Of a stretch of DNA of 64,000 nt, positions 38,773 to 48,296 are shown in pieces. Position numbers and translations under genes: made by a program. The notes beneath the pieces were generated by a model. The model was not told where the DNA came from and made no database searches. It was given only the letters and a program-made list of their open reading frames with translations. Position 1 is the first letter of the stretch. Every line of letters starts with the position of its first letter. Location: NCBI GenBank assembly GCA_050633305.1, contig JBOEGF010000010.1, positions 640,001 to 704,000 on the forward strand. The letters run 5' to 3'. The DNA is from Nannocystales bacterium (GTDB lineage Bacteria > Myxococcota_A > Polyangia > Nannocystales > Nannocystaceae).

Positions 38773-39365
38773 AACTGTTGCTGGCCTCCACATCTCGGTA
38801 TCGCAAGGCGCTCCTCGAACGCCTCGCGATCCCCTTCGACGTCGCCGCGCCGGACTTCGACGAGTCTGCGTACGAGGACCTCTTCTCGACTTCCACCGAT
38901 GACGTGTTTGCGCTGCATCTGGCCGAGGGCAAAGCGCGGAGTCTTGCGGCGGCGCACCCGGAACATCTCATCCTCGCTGCCGATCAGATCGCGACCCTCG
39001 AAACCCCGGACCGAGTTCTGCTGCACAAGCCGGGGTCGGTGGAGCGCGCCGTCGAACAGCTCATGACTCTGGCGGGTGTCACTCACACCCTGACGACCGG
39101 AGTTGTGGTCCTCGACCCCGCCTCGGGCCGGCTCGAAACGGCGGTGGATCGGCAACGCCTGACGATGCGCTCGTACTCGGAGTCCGAGGCGCGTCGGTAC
39201 GTGGAGGCGGCGAGGCCGCTGGACAGCGTCGGGGCATACCGCGTCGAAGATGCCGGTATCACCCTGTTCGAGGACATTCGCGCGGACGATGTGACGGGCA
39301 TCATCGGTTTGCCACTCCTCCACGTTTGCCGACTGCTCCGTCGGTTTGGGTTGCTCGCTTCCTGA
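38769..39365 (+). CDS. maf: Maf-family nucleoside triphosphate pyrophosphatase, YceF-type (m7GTP)
   Basis: 'LASTSRYR', 'AADQ', 'HKPG', 'GAYRVE', 'IIGLPL'; aromatic/Q/E signature of the YceF subtype; GTGA overlap. Confidence 0.88.
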   Translation: MKLLLASTSRYRKALLERLAIPFDVAAPDFDESAYEDLFSTSTDDVFALHLAEGKARSLAAAHPEHLILAADQIATLETPDRVLLHKPGSVERAVEQLMTLAGVTHTLTTGVVVLDPASGRLETAVDRQRLTMRSYSESEARRYVEAARPLDSVGAYRVEDAGITLFEDIRADDVTGIIGLPLLHVCRLLRRFGLLAS

Positions 39366-39393
39366 GACAGTGCAGATCTGATATCCCAGAGCC

Positions 39394-40509
39394 ATGGTTG
39401 TGGGGATTCGGAACGGTCTGGTGTTGGTCGGTGCGCTCGCACTCTCGATGTCTGCATGTGACAGCGGGGGGTCGGATGATGAGGGGTCGGGCGCGGCCAG
39501 CGAGACGTCCGGCGAGGGGACGACCGGCCCGGACACCACCGCCCCGCCCACGGGCGAGACCGAGACCACAGATCCCGGCACCACGGCCGACCCCAGCGAC
39601 TCGACCACCGGAGATGAAACCACGGGCGCGGAAGGCTCCACCGGGGATGTCGCGGGGCTCGGTCAGAAGATCGAGCTGCGGGTCGACAACTTCAGCGTCC
39701 CGCCCGTCGAGACGTCCTACAACTGCTGGGACTTCAGCTTCTCGCTCGACCAACTCGGCCACATCACGGCGTTCGATGCGGTCATCGACAACGCCGCGCA
39801 TGTGCATCACTTCGTGGTGACGCTGACGACGAACCCGTCGGGCTCACCCGATGGCTACTCCTGCTTCGATCTCGAAGGCGACATGGTCTGGGCCTGGGCT
39901 CCCGGAGAGACGCGCTTTGAACTTCCGCCCGAGGCCGGGTATCTGATCGGCGATACGCCCGGCGGAAATGCCACGCTGCGTCTTCAGATTCACTACAACA
40001 ACCCCCTGGGCGTTTCGGGACAGACCGACAGCTCCGGGTTCGATTTCTACGTCTCCAACGACCTCCGTGAGAACAACGCGGGAACGTTGGTGTTCGGTGA
40101 CATCGACGGGATTGAGATCCCGCCCGGCGAGCCTGCCCATGAGCACGTGATGACCTGCCGCGGCGAGGTGACCGGGGCTCAGTTGCCCGAGCCGATCCAC
40201 GTGTTTGGCAGCTCGATGCATGCACACGATCTTGGCAGCGTCCTGTACAGCGAGCAGTATCGTGACGGCGAGATGGTGCGGGAGATCAACCGGGACGACC
40301 CGTTCGACTTCGAGAACCAGAACATGAAGCCGGTGGACTTCGACATCCTGCCGGGCGACGAGATCGTCAATCACTGCTTCTACGACTCGACCGAGCGCAA
40401 GAACACGACGTTCGGCGGTCCGGGCACCCAAGACGAGATGTGCTGGAACACCATCGCCTACTACCCGAAGATCCCTTCGGGCTTCGACTACTGCTCCAGC
40501 AACAACTAG
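39394..40509 (+). CDS. Lipoprotein, copper type II ascorbate-dependent monooxygenase-like (PHM/DBH fold)
   Basis: Lipobox MSAC; T/G linker; 'HVHHF', 'LQIHYNN', 'MHAH', 'DEMC'. Confidence 0.82.
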   Translation: MVVGIRNGLVLVGALALSMSACDSGGSDDEGSGAASETSGEGTTGPDTTAPPTGETETTDPGTTADPSDSTTGDETTGAEGSTGDVAGLGQKIELRVDNFSVPPVETSYNCWDFSFSLDQLGHITAFDAVIDNAAHVHHFVVTLTTNPSGSPDGYSCFDLEGDMVWAWAPGETRFELPPEAGYLIGDTPGGNATLRLQIHYNNPLGVSGQTDSSGFDFYVSNDLRENNAGTLVFGDIDGIEIPPGEPAHEHVMTCRGEVTGAQLPEPIHVFGSSMHAHDLGSVLYSEQYRDGEMVREINRDDPFDFENQNMKPVDFDILPGDEIVNHCFYDSTERKNTTFGGPGTQDEMCWNTIAYYPKIPSGFDYCSSNN

Positions 40510-40650
40510 TTCCACCCCAGGGGCGGCCGTTCCGTCGCGGAACACGCCGCGAGCCCACGCCCAGGGCTCGGCTCAGGTGCTGTGTGTCTCCTCGCTCCGC
40601 TGGAGAGGGTGGCTGCGCTGGCATGCGCCGCTGAGCTGCTAGGGTCGCGT

Positions 40651-42321
40651 ATGGCGTACACTCCGGTGCGAGCTCCGCGTGGGAACGAGCTTAGCTGTAA
40701 GGGATGGCCCCAAGAAGCCGCCCTTCGCATGTTGATGAACAACCTCGACCCCGAGGTTGCCGAGCGTCCAGAGGACCTCGTCGTCTACGGCGGTACGGGC
40801 AAAGCGGTTCGCACGTGGGAGGATTTTCACCGTATCGCAGCGTCGCTACGAGACCTGGAGTCCGATGAGACTCTGATCGTCCAGAGCGGCCGCGCGCAGG
40901 GGATCTTCAAGACCCACGAGGATGCGCCCAGGGTCTTGATCGCCAACTCGAACCTGGTCGGGAACTGGGCCAACTGGGATGAGTTTCACCGTCTCGAAGG
41001 CTTGGGGCTGACGATGTACGGCCAGATGACCGCGGGGAGCTGGATCTACATCGGCACCCAAGGAATCCTGCAAGGCACCTACGAAACCTTCATGGCGTGC
41101 GCGCGCACCCACTTCGGTGGCTCGCTCGAGGGCAAGTTCGTGCTCACCGGCGGCCTCGGTGGCATGGGAGGCGCCCAGCCGCTGGCTGCGTTGATGGCTG
41201 GCGCCGCGGTGCTCTGCGTCGAGGTCGACCCCGAGCGGATTGCGCGTCGGGTGGACCACGGCTACCTGATGAAATCGACCGAGGACTTGGACGAAGCGCT
41301 GCGCCTCATCGACGACGCGGTCGCGAAGAACGAAGCTGTCTCGGTCGGACTGCTTGGGAACTGCGCCGACGTGCTCCCCGAGCTCGTTCGTCGCGGGCGT
41401 GTTCCAGACGTGGTCACCGACCAGACCAGCGCCCACGACGAACTCCACGGCTACGTTCCCGACGGTCTCTCGCTTTCAGAGGCGGAGGCTCTGCGACGAG
41501 ACGACCCCAAGGCGTACGTGCAACGCAGCGTTGAGGCGATGGGCAAGCACGTCACCGCCATGCGTGACATGCAGAAAGCCGGCGCGATCGCGTTCGACTA
41601 CGGCAACAACATCCGCGCTCAAGCCGTCAAGGCGGGGGTCGAGGATGCGTTCGAGATCAAGGGCTTCATCCCCGAGTACATCCGGCCGCTGTTCTGTGAG
41701 GGCAAGGGGCCGTTCCGATGGGCCGCGCTCTCGGGCAATCCCGAGGACATCGCAGTCACCGATCGCGAGCTGCTCAAGCTGTTCCCCGAGAACAAGTCGT
41801 TGCGTCGTTGGACCGAACTCGCGCAGAAGCATGTGAAATTCCAAGGGCTGCCGTGTCGGATCTGCTGGCTCGGGTACGACGAACGAGACAAGGCCGGCTT
41901 GCTGTTCAACGACTTGGTCAAGAGTGGCAAGGTCGATGGCCCCATTGTCATCGGGCGCGACCACCTCGACTGCGGCTCGGTGGCATCGCCCAACCGAGAG
42001 ACCGAGTCGATGAAAGATGGGTCCGATGCGATCGCCGACTGGCCGATCCTCAACGCGCTCATCAACACCGCGGCCGGGGCGACCTGGGTCTCGTTTCACC
42101 ACGGCGGTGGTGTGGGGATGGGCTACTCGCTGCACGCGGGCATGGTCGTCGTTGCCGACGGCACGGAAGGGGCCGCGCGCAGGCTGTCCCGCGTCCTTCG
42201 GTGCGACCCGGGCATGGGCGTTGTCCGCCACGTCGATGCCGGCTACGACGACGCGGTCGCGTTTGCGAAGGAGCACGGCGTTCGTGTTCCTGGCCGGACC
42301 ATTCACGAGGACGTGGGCTGA
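40651..42321 (+). CDS. hutU: Urocanate hydratase
   Basis: '[12 protein letters not shown]', '[25 protein letters not shown]', 'GRDHLD', 'HHGGGVGMG'. Confidence 0.97.
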   Translation: MAYTPVRAPRGNELSCKGWPQEAALRMLMNNLDPEVAERPEDLVVYGGTGKAVRTWEDFHRIAASLRDLESDETLIVQSGRAQGIFKTHEDAPRVLIANSNLVGNWANWDEFHRLEGLGLTMYGQMTAGSWIYIGTQGILQGTYETFMACARTHFGGSLEGKFVLTGGLGGMGGAQPLAALMAGAAVLCVEVDPERIARRVDHGYLMKSTEDLDEALRLIDDAVAKNEAVSVGLLGNCADVLPELVRRGRVPDVVTDQTSAHDELHGYVPDGLSLSEAEALRRDDPKAYVQRSVEAMGKHVTAMRDMQKAGAIAFDYGNNIRAQAVKAGVEDAFEIKGFIPEYIRPLFCEGKGPFRWAALSGNPEDIAVTDRELLKLFPENKSLRRWTELAQKHVKFQGLPCRICWLGYDERDKAGLLFNDLVKSGKVDGPIVIGRDHLDCGSVASPNRETESMKDGSDAIADWPILNALINTAAGATWVSFHHGGGVGMGYSLHAGMVVVADGTEGAARRLSRVLRCDPGMGVVRHVDAGYDDAVAFAKEHGVRVPGRTIHEDVG

Positions 42322-42324
42322 GCG

Positions 42325-43584
42325 ATGGGCATGCTTCTGCACCGCGCTTCGGCCGTCCTCACGTTGGCCGGCGACATGGGCCCACGTCGTGGGGCGGCAA
42401 TGTCCGACCTCCGGGTCATCAAGAACGGCAGCGTCGCGGTCACCGATGAGGGCACCATCGCTTGGGTCGGACCCGCAGACGAGGTCCCATCGTCGCTGCG
42501 TCGGACCGGGGTGATCGACTGCACGGGAGACACCTTGATGCCCGCGTTCGTCGATTCGCACACCCACTTGGTGTGGGGCGGCGACCGGAAGGATGAACTC
42601 GAGCAGCGGCTCGGAGGCGCCGACTACGAAGAGATCTTCGCCGCCGGCGGTGGAATCCTCAGTTCCGTCCGCCAAACCCGGGCATTGTCCGAGGACGACC
42701 TGTACCTGGAATCGCTGGCTCGGATCTCGCGCATGCGCAGGGCGGGCACGACGACGTTTGAGATCAAGAGCGGGTACGGGCTCGATCTCGACACCGAACT
42801 CAAGCAGCTTCGGGTCATCCGGCGTCTTCGTGACGAGGGCGGGTTCCGAGTGACGGCGACCTGCCTCGCCGCACATGCGGTCCCGGCGGAGGCCCGCGGG
42901 ACAGATGCCGAACGAGCCGCGTTTCTCACCCGCGTCATCGAGGAGATCCTTCCGGCCGTGGCCGAGGAGGGTCTCGCCGACTCTTGTGATGTCTTCTGTG
43001 ACCGTGGGGCGTTCACCCCGGAGGAGTCGCGCGCGGTATTGACCAAGGCGCTTGAGCTCGACCTCGAGCTGCGGGTCCACGCCAACGAGTTCGGACACAC
43101 CGGAGGGGCGGCACTGGCGGCCGAACTCGGTGCAGCCTCCGCCGACCACCTGTTGGCCCTCGACGCGAAGGAGCGCGCGGGTCTGCGCGAGGCGGGCGTT
43201 GTTGCCACGTTGCTGCCGGGGACCTCCATGGTGCTCGGAAAGCCGTTTGCAGACGGTCGTGCATTGGTCGAGGACGGAGTCGCGGTGGCGGTGGCCTCCG
43301 ACTGCAACCCGGGCTCATGCGCGCTGGAGAACCTTGCTGTCGTGCTCGGCCTCGCCTGCTACGGCAACCGTCTCTCACCCGCAGAAGCCATCTGCGCGGT
43401 GACACACAACGCCGCGGCTTCCATGGGCCTGGACGACCAGGTGGGTTCTCTTCGCCCCGGACGGCAAGCAGACATCGTGCGTCTGGCGACCGAGGACTAT
43501 CGAGACCTCGTCTACCACGCTGGCTCGCCGCTGCTTCGGACTGTCTATCAGGCAGGCACCCCCATTCGCGGCGGGCACTCGTAG
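42325..43584 (+). CDS. hutI: Imidazolonepropionase
   Basis: 'DSHTHLV', 'GGGILSSV', 'EIKSGYGL', 'HANE', 'SADHL', 'DCNPGS'. Confidence 0.95.
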   Translation: MGMLLHRASAVLTLAGDMGPRRGAAMSDLRVIKNGSVAVTDEGTIAWVGPADEVPSSLRRTGVIDCTGDTLMPAFVDSHTHLVWGGDRKDELEQRLGGADYEEIFAAGGGILSSVRQTRALSEDDLYLESLARISRMRRAGTTTFEIKSGYGLDLDTELKQLRVIRRLRDEGGFRVTATCLAAHAVPAEARGTDAERAAFLTRVIEEILPAVAEEGLADSCDVFCDRGAFTPEESRAVLTKALELDLELRVHANEFGHTGGAALAAELGAASADHLLALDAKERAGLREAGVVATLLPGTSMVLGKPFADGRALVEDGVAVAVASDCNPGSCALENLAVVLGLACYGNRLSPAEAICAVTHNAAASMGLDDQVGSLRPGRQADIVRLATEDYRDLVYHAGSPLLRTVYQAGTPIRGGHS

Positions 43585-43601
43585 TACGCTCCGCGGTACG
43601 C

Positions 43602-44213
43602 ATGGGTTCCGGTCTCGAAGAGCTTGGTATTACCGACGACGACGGTGATGCTCCATTGGGGGGCTTGCAGCAGCAGCAGCCGCCCGCTCCGCACGGTGGT
43701 CCGGACAAGGTCAGTGCCAGCACGTCCCCGAGCAGTGACGACTTGACCGCGGACTTCGAGCGACAGCTCCGCAAGGTCAGCCTCTTCGAAGGGCTGCTTC
43801 CCGTCCACCTGCGGCGCATCGCATCTCTCGTCCATGAGGTCAGACTCGAGCGCGGACAGGCGGTGTTTCGACACGGTGACGAAGGCGACGGCCTCTACCT
43901 CATCGTAGAGGGCGCCATTCGAATCTCCCGCAATGTTTCGGGTATTGGGGAGGAGGCTCTCGCTGTCCTCGCGCCGGGAATGTACTTCGGCGAGATGTCG
44001 ATCGTGGACGACGACTGTCCGCGTTCGGCCGATGCGATCGCCCACGAGTCGGCTCGGCTGTTGATGCTGCCGAAGGACGACCTCCGCGACCTGATGTTTG
44101 TCGATCGGGAACTCGCGTACGAGTTGCTGTGGCGGTTCGTCCGTACGCTCAGCCGCCGTCTCCGGGAATCGAACGACCGTCTGCTCATGCTGACGGTCAG
44201 CTCGAAGTTCTAA
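43602..44213 (+). CDS. Stand-alone cyclic nucleotide-binding domain protein
   Basis: 'VFRHGDEGDGLYLIVEG..FGEMSIVDDDCPRSA'; C-terminal helix 'LSRRLRESN'; no HTH. Confidence 0.85.
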   Translation: MGSGLEELGITDDDGDAPLGGLQQQQPPAPHGGPDKVSASTSPSSDDLTADFERQLRKVSLFEGLLPVHLRRIASLVHEVRLERGQAVFRHGDEGDGLYLIVEGAIRISRNVSGIGEEALAVLAPGMYFGEMSIVDDDCPRSADAIAHESARLLMLPKDDLRDLMFVDRELAYELLWRFVRTLSRRLRESNDRLLMLTVSSKF

Positions 44214-44272
44214 CCCGGCGAAACTCGACGCCGAGCTAGGGACGCCCCTAGAACATGGAGTCCGGGTAAGGC

Positions 44273-45130
44273 CTACATCGACAGGCGTGTCTCGAGTTTT
44301 CCGAACGCATCGCGGCACGACTCGCGGACGGGCATCGAGTAGTTGGACCCCTCAAACTTGTCGGTCCACGCCAGGCTCTGGAGCGGCTTGATGTGCTTCT
44401 CTTCGCCCACCTTGGCGAGGCCGGTGCAGGACTTCGCCCGCACATACCCATCGTCGGAGAGCAGACCCTTCTCGAAGATTGCGACCGCGCCCTCGCACTC
44501 CTTCTCCACGAGGATTGCGACGTACGTTGAGTTGTCTCCGTAGGTTCCCGATGCGGCGAGGTAGTCGTCACAGGTCCCGCCGGCCTTCTTTTCGCGTTGC
44601 AGTCCCAGAAGGTGGGCAAGCACGGCGGTCCCGACCTGGGGGGTCATCTCTCCTCCGGCGGTTGTCTGAGTGAGGAACGCCTTCTCGAGCCGGTCGTCCA
44701 TCGGTCGGATGCCAACGCTGCCGATCATGGGCACGAAGTCGTTGAAGTAGACATCCCACTTTTCACATTCGGCGAGGGAAAGCGCCATCGCCTCGGTCAT
44801 GGGCTGGGTGAGACCGATGTCGTCCTTCGCCCCGGTGTACTCGTTCCACGCTGTATCGCATTGCATGTTCGCGGCGTTGGCTGCGAAGACCTCTTGATAT
44901 CCCAGGCACCAGTCCCTCTTCTTGCCGGTCTCGGGGGTGCCTGCACATTCGGTCTTGAGCTTGGAAAGGTCTTTCTTCGCCACCGTTGCCTCGAGCGCCT
45001 TCTTGTCCGCAGCCGCCGCTGCAGCGGCGTCGTCGCTCTTCTTCTTCTGGACGAAGTGCGAGATGACCGTACATCCAGTTTGTGTGAAGCAGGCAGCGGC
45101 GAGGATCGAGGCGATGATGTGCTTGTTCAT
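44273..45130 (-). CDS. Cys-rich helical lipoprotein with C-terminal HEAT-like repeat
   Basis: GGAGA RBS; lipobox QTGC; 'LLSDDGYVRAKSCTGLAKVG'. Confidence 0.72.
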   Translation of the reverse strand: MNKHIIASILAAACFTQTGCTVISHFVQKKKSDDAAAAAAADKKALEATVAKKDLSKLKTECAGTPETGKKRDWCLGYQEVFAANAANMQCDTAWNEYTGAKDDIGLTQPMTEAMALSLAECEKWDVYFNDFVPMIGSVGIRPMDDRLEKAFLTQTTAGGEMTPQVGTAVLAHLLGLQREKKAGGTCDDYLAASGTYGDNSTYVAILVEKECEGAVAIFEKGLLSDDGYVRAKSCTGLAKVGEEKHIKPLQSLAWTDKFEGSNYSMPVRESCRDAFGKLETRLSM

Positions 45131-45204
45131 GGCGTGGTCTCCGTGAACCAGTCCTCTGGAGACAGGGTGCAAGCCTGGACTCTTCGGGGATGGCCGCCCT
45201 TTCA

Positions 45205-45230
45205 GACGGCCGGGCTGCGTGACGGTTGCG
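45205..45230 (-). promoter_or_regulatory. Putative ECF-type promoter GCAAC-N16-CGTC for 44273..45130
   Basis: Minus strand reads cGCAAC cgtcacgcagcccggc CGTC; same geometry as 16446-16471. Confidence 0.5.
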
Positions 45231-45444
45231 GGGATAAACTCGAATCGCCGCAGGGTTTTTCCGGTTTTGCAAGCGGAGTTCCCTGATCGGGAAGTGGGGT
45301 TCGGGCACGAGGGATCGAATCGGGAAGTTCGGCCAACGGTCCCGGGGTGCCACCCCCCCTGATGGGTCAATCTGGGCCAATCGGCCGCACCGAACGAGGC
45401 GTGTTGGCCGCATCGACTGTCTCCAGGACTGCTACCCTGATGTC

Positions 45445-46644
45445 ATGGCAGCTCCGGTCCCCAAGAACGAGTCCGAGCGGCTCCGACGTTTGCGTCGGTA
45501 CGGGATTCTGGACACGCCGCCGACTCCCCGCTTCGACAGAATCGTGCGGTTGGCAGGTCGTCTGCTGGACTGTCCGATCGCTCTTGTGTCGCTCGTCGAC
45601 GAGCACCGGCAGTGGTTCAAAGCTCGCGTTGGGCTCGACGCATCACAGACTCCCCGAGCGGACGCATTCTGCGCTCATACAATCATGGGGGAGGACGTTT
45701 TGGTCGTGACGGATGCCGCGACAGACCCACGCTTTGCCGACAACCCTCTCGTCATGGGCGACCCCGACATTCGATTCTATGCGGGTGCGCCGCTCATCGT
45801 GGGCGGGGGCCTGGCGATGGGCACGTTGTGTGTCATCGATCGCAAGCCACGCGAACTCGACGAGGCAGGGCGCGCCGTGCTGGCCGACCTCGCGCAGATG
45901 GTCGTCGACGCGATGGAGCACCATCGACACGCGGCGACGCGGGTGCAGGCACACCTCGAACTCGCGAGCGCGCACGACGAGCTTCGCGCGATCAGCGATG
46001 CGATCAGCCGCGATGTACGAGCCCCGCTGCGGCAGCTCGGTGCGCTCTTGGAGCTGTTCGAGAGCGACCACCGTGCCACGCTCTCCGAGGGCGCCATCCT
46101 AGAGCTCGAGGAGGTCCGCCGAGTCCGTGCCCGCGCCGATGAGGCCATTCGTGGAATGACCGAGCTGGCCCGGCTTCCTCGCGACAGGAAACTCGAGTGC
46201 GAGGACGTCAATGTCGCTCCCATCCTCAGGGAGCTCACCGAGACGATGCGCGCGTTCTATCCGGAGATGACGCTGCTATGCGACCTTCCCGAACGACCCG
46301 TCACCGCCAACGAGCCGCTGCTCCGCCAGCTGTTGCAGCACCTGGTCGACAACGGGTTCAAGCACGGTGGCCGCAACGTCCGGGTAGAGTTCTCGTTTGA
46401 CGACGTCCGCACGCGAATCTCTGTCTTGGATGACGGCCCGGGGATCTCAGCGGTTCACAACCAGATGATCTTCGAGCCTTTCCGACGTCTCGTTCCCGAT
46501 TCGGTTCCGGGCACGGGAGTTGGCCTGACGGTTGTGAAGCGGATCGTCGAAGCGCACCGTGGCAGCGTGTTCGTTGAGCCCGACCGGATCGGTGGGTCGG
46601 CGTTTGTCGTCGAGCTTCCGTTCGATGATCCTCAGGGCGAATAG
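45445..46644 (+). CDS. GAF-domain sensor histidine kinase-like protein (H-box His replaced by Arg)
   Basis: GAF 'E.ERL..LRRYGILDT..IRFYAGAPL..GTLCVID'; H-box 'SRDVRAPL'; N 'LVDNGFKH', G1 'DDGPGI', G2 'GTGVGL'. Confidence 0.88.
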   Translation: MAAPVPKNESERLRRLRRYGILDTPPTPRFDRIVRLAGRLLDCPIALVSLVDEHRQWFKARVGLDASQTPRADAFCAHTIMGEDVLVVTDAATDPRFADNPLVMGDPDIRFYAGAPLIVGGGLAMGTLCVIDRKPRELDEAGRAVLADLAQMVVDAMEHHRHAATRVQAHLELASAHDELRAISDAISRDVRAPLRQLGALLELFESDHRATLSEGAILELEEVRRVRARADEAIRGMTELARLPRDRKLECEDVNVAPILRELTETMRAFYPEMTLLCDLPERPVTANEPLLRQLLQHLVDNGFKHGGRNVRVEFSFDDVRTRISVLDDGPGISAVHNQMIFEPFRRLVPDSVPGTGVGLTVVKRIVEAHRGSVFVEPDRIGGSAFVVELPFDDPQGE

Positions 46645-46700
46645 AGGGGGGTGCTGCTGCGGCCCACGATGTGCGGGACGCCGTGCTGGGCAACCAATGC

Positions 46701-46735
46701 AAAAGAGGCGGCCGGGTGAACCCGAGCCGCCTCTT
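46701..46735 (-). terminator. Rho-independent terminator after atpE
   Basis: Stem AAGAGGCGGC..GCCGCCTCTT followed by a T run on the minus strand. Confidence 0.75.
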
Positions 46736-46760
46736 GAGGTTTGCGCCGAGGCGCGGTGGC

Positions 46761-47078
46761 TTAGCCCATCTTGCCCGAAACGATGAGCGCGACGACGAGG
46801 GTGAAGATGACCAGCGACTCGATGAACGCGAGCGACAGAAGCAGCGGCGTGAACACCTTGTCGGCGGAGCCGGGGTTGCGGCAGATGCCGTCGAGGGCTG
46901 CTGAAGCGGCACGGCCCTGGCCGAGACCACCACCGACTGCGGCGATAGCGACGCCGAAGCACATGCAGACGGCGAAAATACCGTCGTTGGGACCACCGGC
47001 TGCCGGCGCAGCAAGTGCCACGGCGGGAGCAAGGAACGCGGCGGCGAAGGCGGAGAGCGTTGCAATGCGGTTCTTCAT
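46761..47078 (-). CDS. atpE: ATP synthase Fo subunit c with N-terminal signal-peptide-like extension
   Basis: 'GGGLGQG', loop 'RNP', 'LAFIESL'; downstream of atpB. Confidence 0.93.
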   Translation of the reverse strand: MKNRIATLSAFAAAFLAPAVALAAPAAGGPNDGIFAVCMCFGVAIAAVGGGLGQGRAASAALDGICRNPGSADKVFTPLLLSLAFIESLVIFTLVVALIVSGKMG

Positions 47079-47120
47079 GATGTCTCTTCTTTTCTGAGCA
47101 GCTCGATGGGAGCTGGAGAT

Positions 47121-47903
47121 CTAGTGGCCCTCGCCGTGGGAAACAGCGAGCCCGATGTAAATGATGGTGAGCAGGGTGAAGACGAGGGTCTGGACGATCG
47201 CGACCAACACCCCGAGCAGCAAGAACGGAACCGGAAGCAGAAGCGCGACCAGGCCCGCGATGGCGCCGACGACCTTGTGGTCAGCGACGATGTTGCCAAG
47301 CAGTCGCAGCGCCAGGGAGACCGGGCGAGCGATGTGGCTAGCAAGTTCGATAGGAAGGAACAGCGGAGCCATGAGAGGCAGGCCGCCGATGCTTGGGCCG
47401 AGGAACTCACCGAGGAAGTGCTTCGGGTTCCGCAGCACACCGACGCTGACGTAGATGACGAACACGATGAGCGAGAGCCCAAGGTTGGTCTTCAGCGTGT
47501 CGGTGGGGGGCAAGAAGCCCGGGATGAGTCCCTGGATGTTGCAGCAGAAGATGAACAGCGCCAGGGAGCCGGTGATGGGGAGGTACCGCTTGGCGTTCTC
47601 CTCACCCATGACATCGACCGAGAACTTGTAGACCGCTCCGACGAAGCCATCCATCATCGACGCAAGGTTGAACTTGCGCGGGGGGACCACACCGCCGGTG
47701 GAGTCGCTGAGACTGCCCCGGTAGCGGAAGGTCGCCACAAAGATGAGCGCGCAGGCGAGCAGAGCGCCAACGACGTGGATGAGCGTAAAGTGGCTGTCCC
47801 CAAAGATGAGGAACGGCTCTTTGCGCGCGAGCATCGGCTCGAATGCCGCCTCGAGCGAATGCCAGAACGGCAGAATCGAGTACCAGGTGTCGTGGTCGCC
47901 CAT
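47121..47903 (-). CDS. atpB: ATP synthase Fo subunit a
   Basis: 'N..GLIPG..PPT', 'RPVSLALRLLGN', 'VQTLVFTLLTIIYI'. Confidence 0.95.
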   Translation of the reverse strand: MGDHDTWYSILPFWHSLEAAFEPMLARKEPFLIFGDSHFTLIHVVGALLACALIFVATFRYRGSLSDSTGGVVPPRKFNLASMMDGFVGAVYKFSVDVMGEENAKRYLPITGSLALFIFCCNIQGLIPGFLPPTDTLKTNLGLSLIVFVIYVSVGVLRNPKHFLGEFLGPSIGGLPLMAPLFLPIELASHIARPVSLALRLLGNIVADHKVVGAIAGLVALLLPVPFLLLGVLVAIVQTLVFTLLTIIYIGLAVSHGEGH

Positions 47904-47950
47904 AGCCGTGAGGGGGTCCTAGCGGCAGAACGCCGCGTCGGGTCGGCGGG

Positions 47951-47979
47951 CATGTACCAAACCATGACGATGTGTGCAA
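47951..47979 (-). promoter_or_regulatory. Putative sigma70 promoter for atpB-atpE (TTGCAC-N17-TACATG, with TG extension)
   Basis: Minus strand TTGCAC acatcgtcatggtttgg TACATG. Confidence 0.45.
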
Positions 47980-48006
47980 GATGGCGAAGCCCCGCTGGGA
48001 GCCCAT

Positions 48007-48028
48007 TTTCGCCCGAATTTCGCCCGAA
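48007..48028. repeat. Tandem 11-bp direct repeat (TTTCGCCCGAA)x2
   Basis: Exact repeat just upstream of the putative atpB promoter. Confidence 0.8.
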
Positions 48029-48296
48029 TCGAGCGCCTGGGATCGAGGTCCCTCACGTCCCGTGGGCCCCCTTGCCGTAGACCCGCGGGATCGTTCAGTT
48101 GATCGCAGAACCGGCTGGGCGTGACAGGCGCGAGATCTGGTCCGATCCCTGCGACCCGGCCGCGGGGAATGCGACGAGGGGCGGTGGCGGCGGTCCTCAC
48201 CGACTGGGAACGTTCCTGCGACTGAGGGACTGGGACGCGGCCACGCGCGCATCTACGGTAAGCCGGCCGCACCGCCGCTGGACGTACGGTGGTCCC

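Noticed and set aside
36727..38793. 688-aa minus-strand ORF mirroring the kinase
   Set aside because: Codon-aligned antisense frame of a clear kinase gene.
45340..45360. TGGCAC on the minus strand as a sigma54 promoter
   Set aside because: No TTGC at the -12 position.
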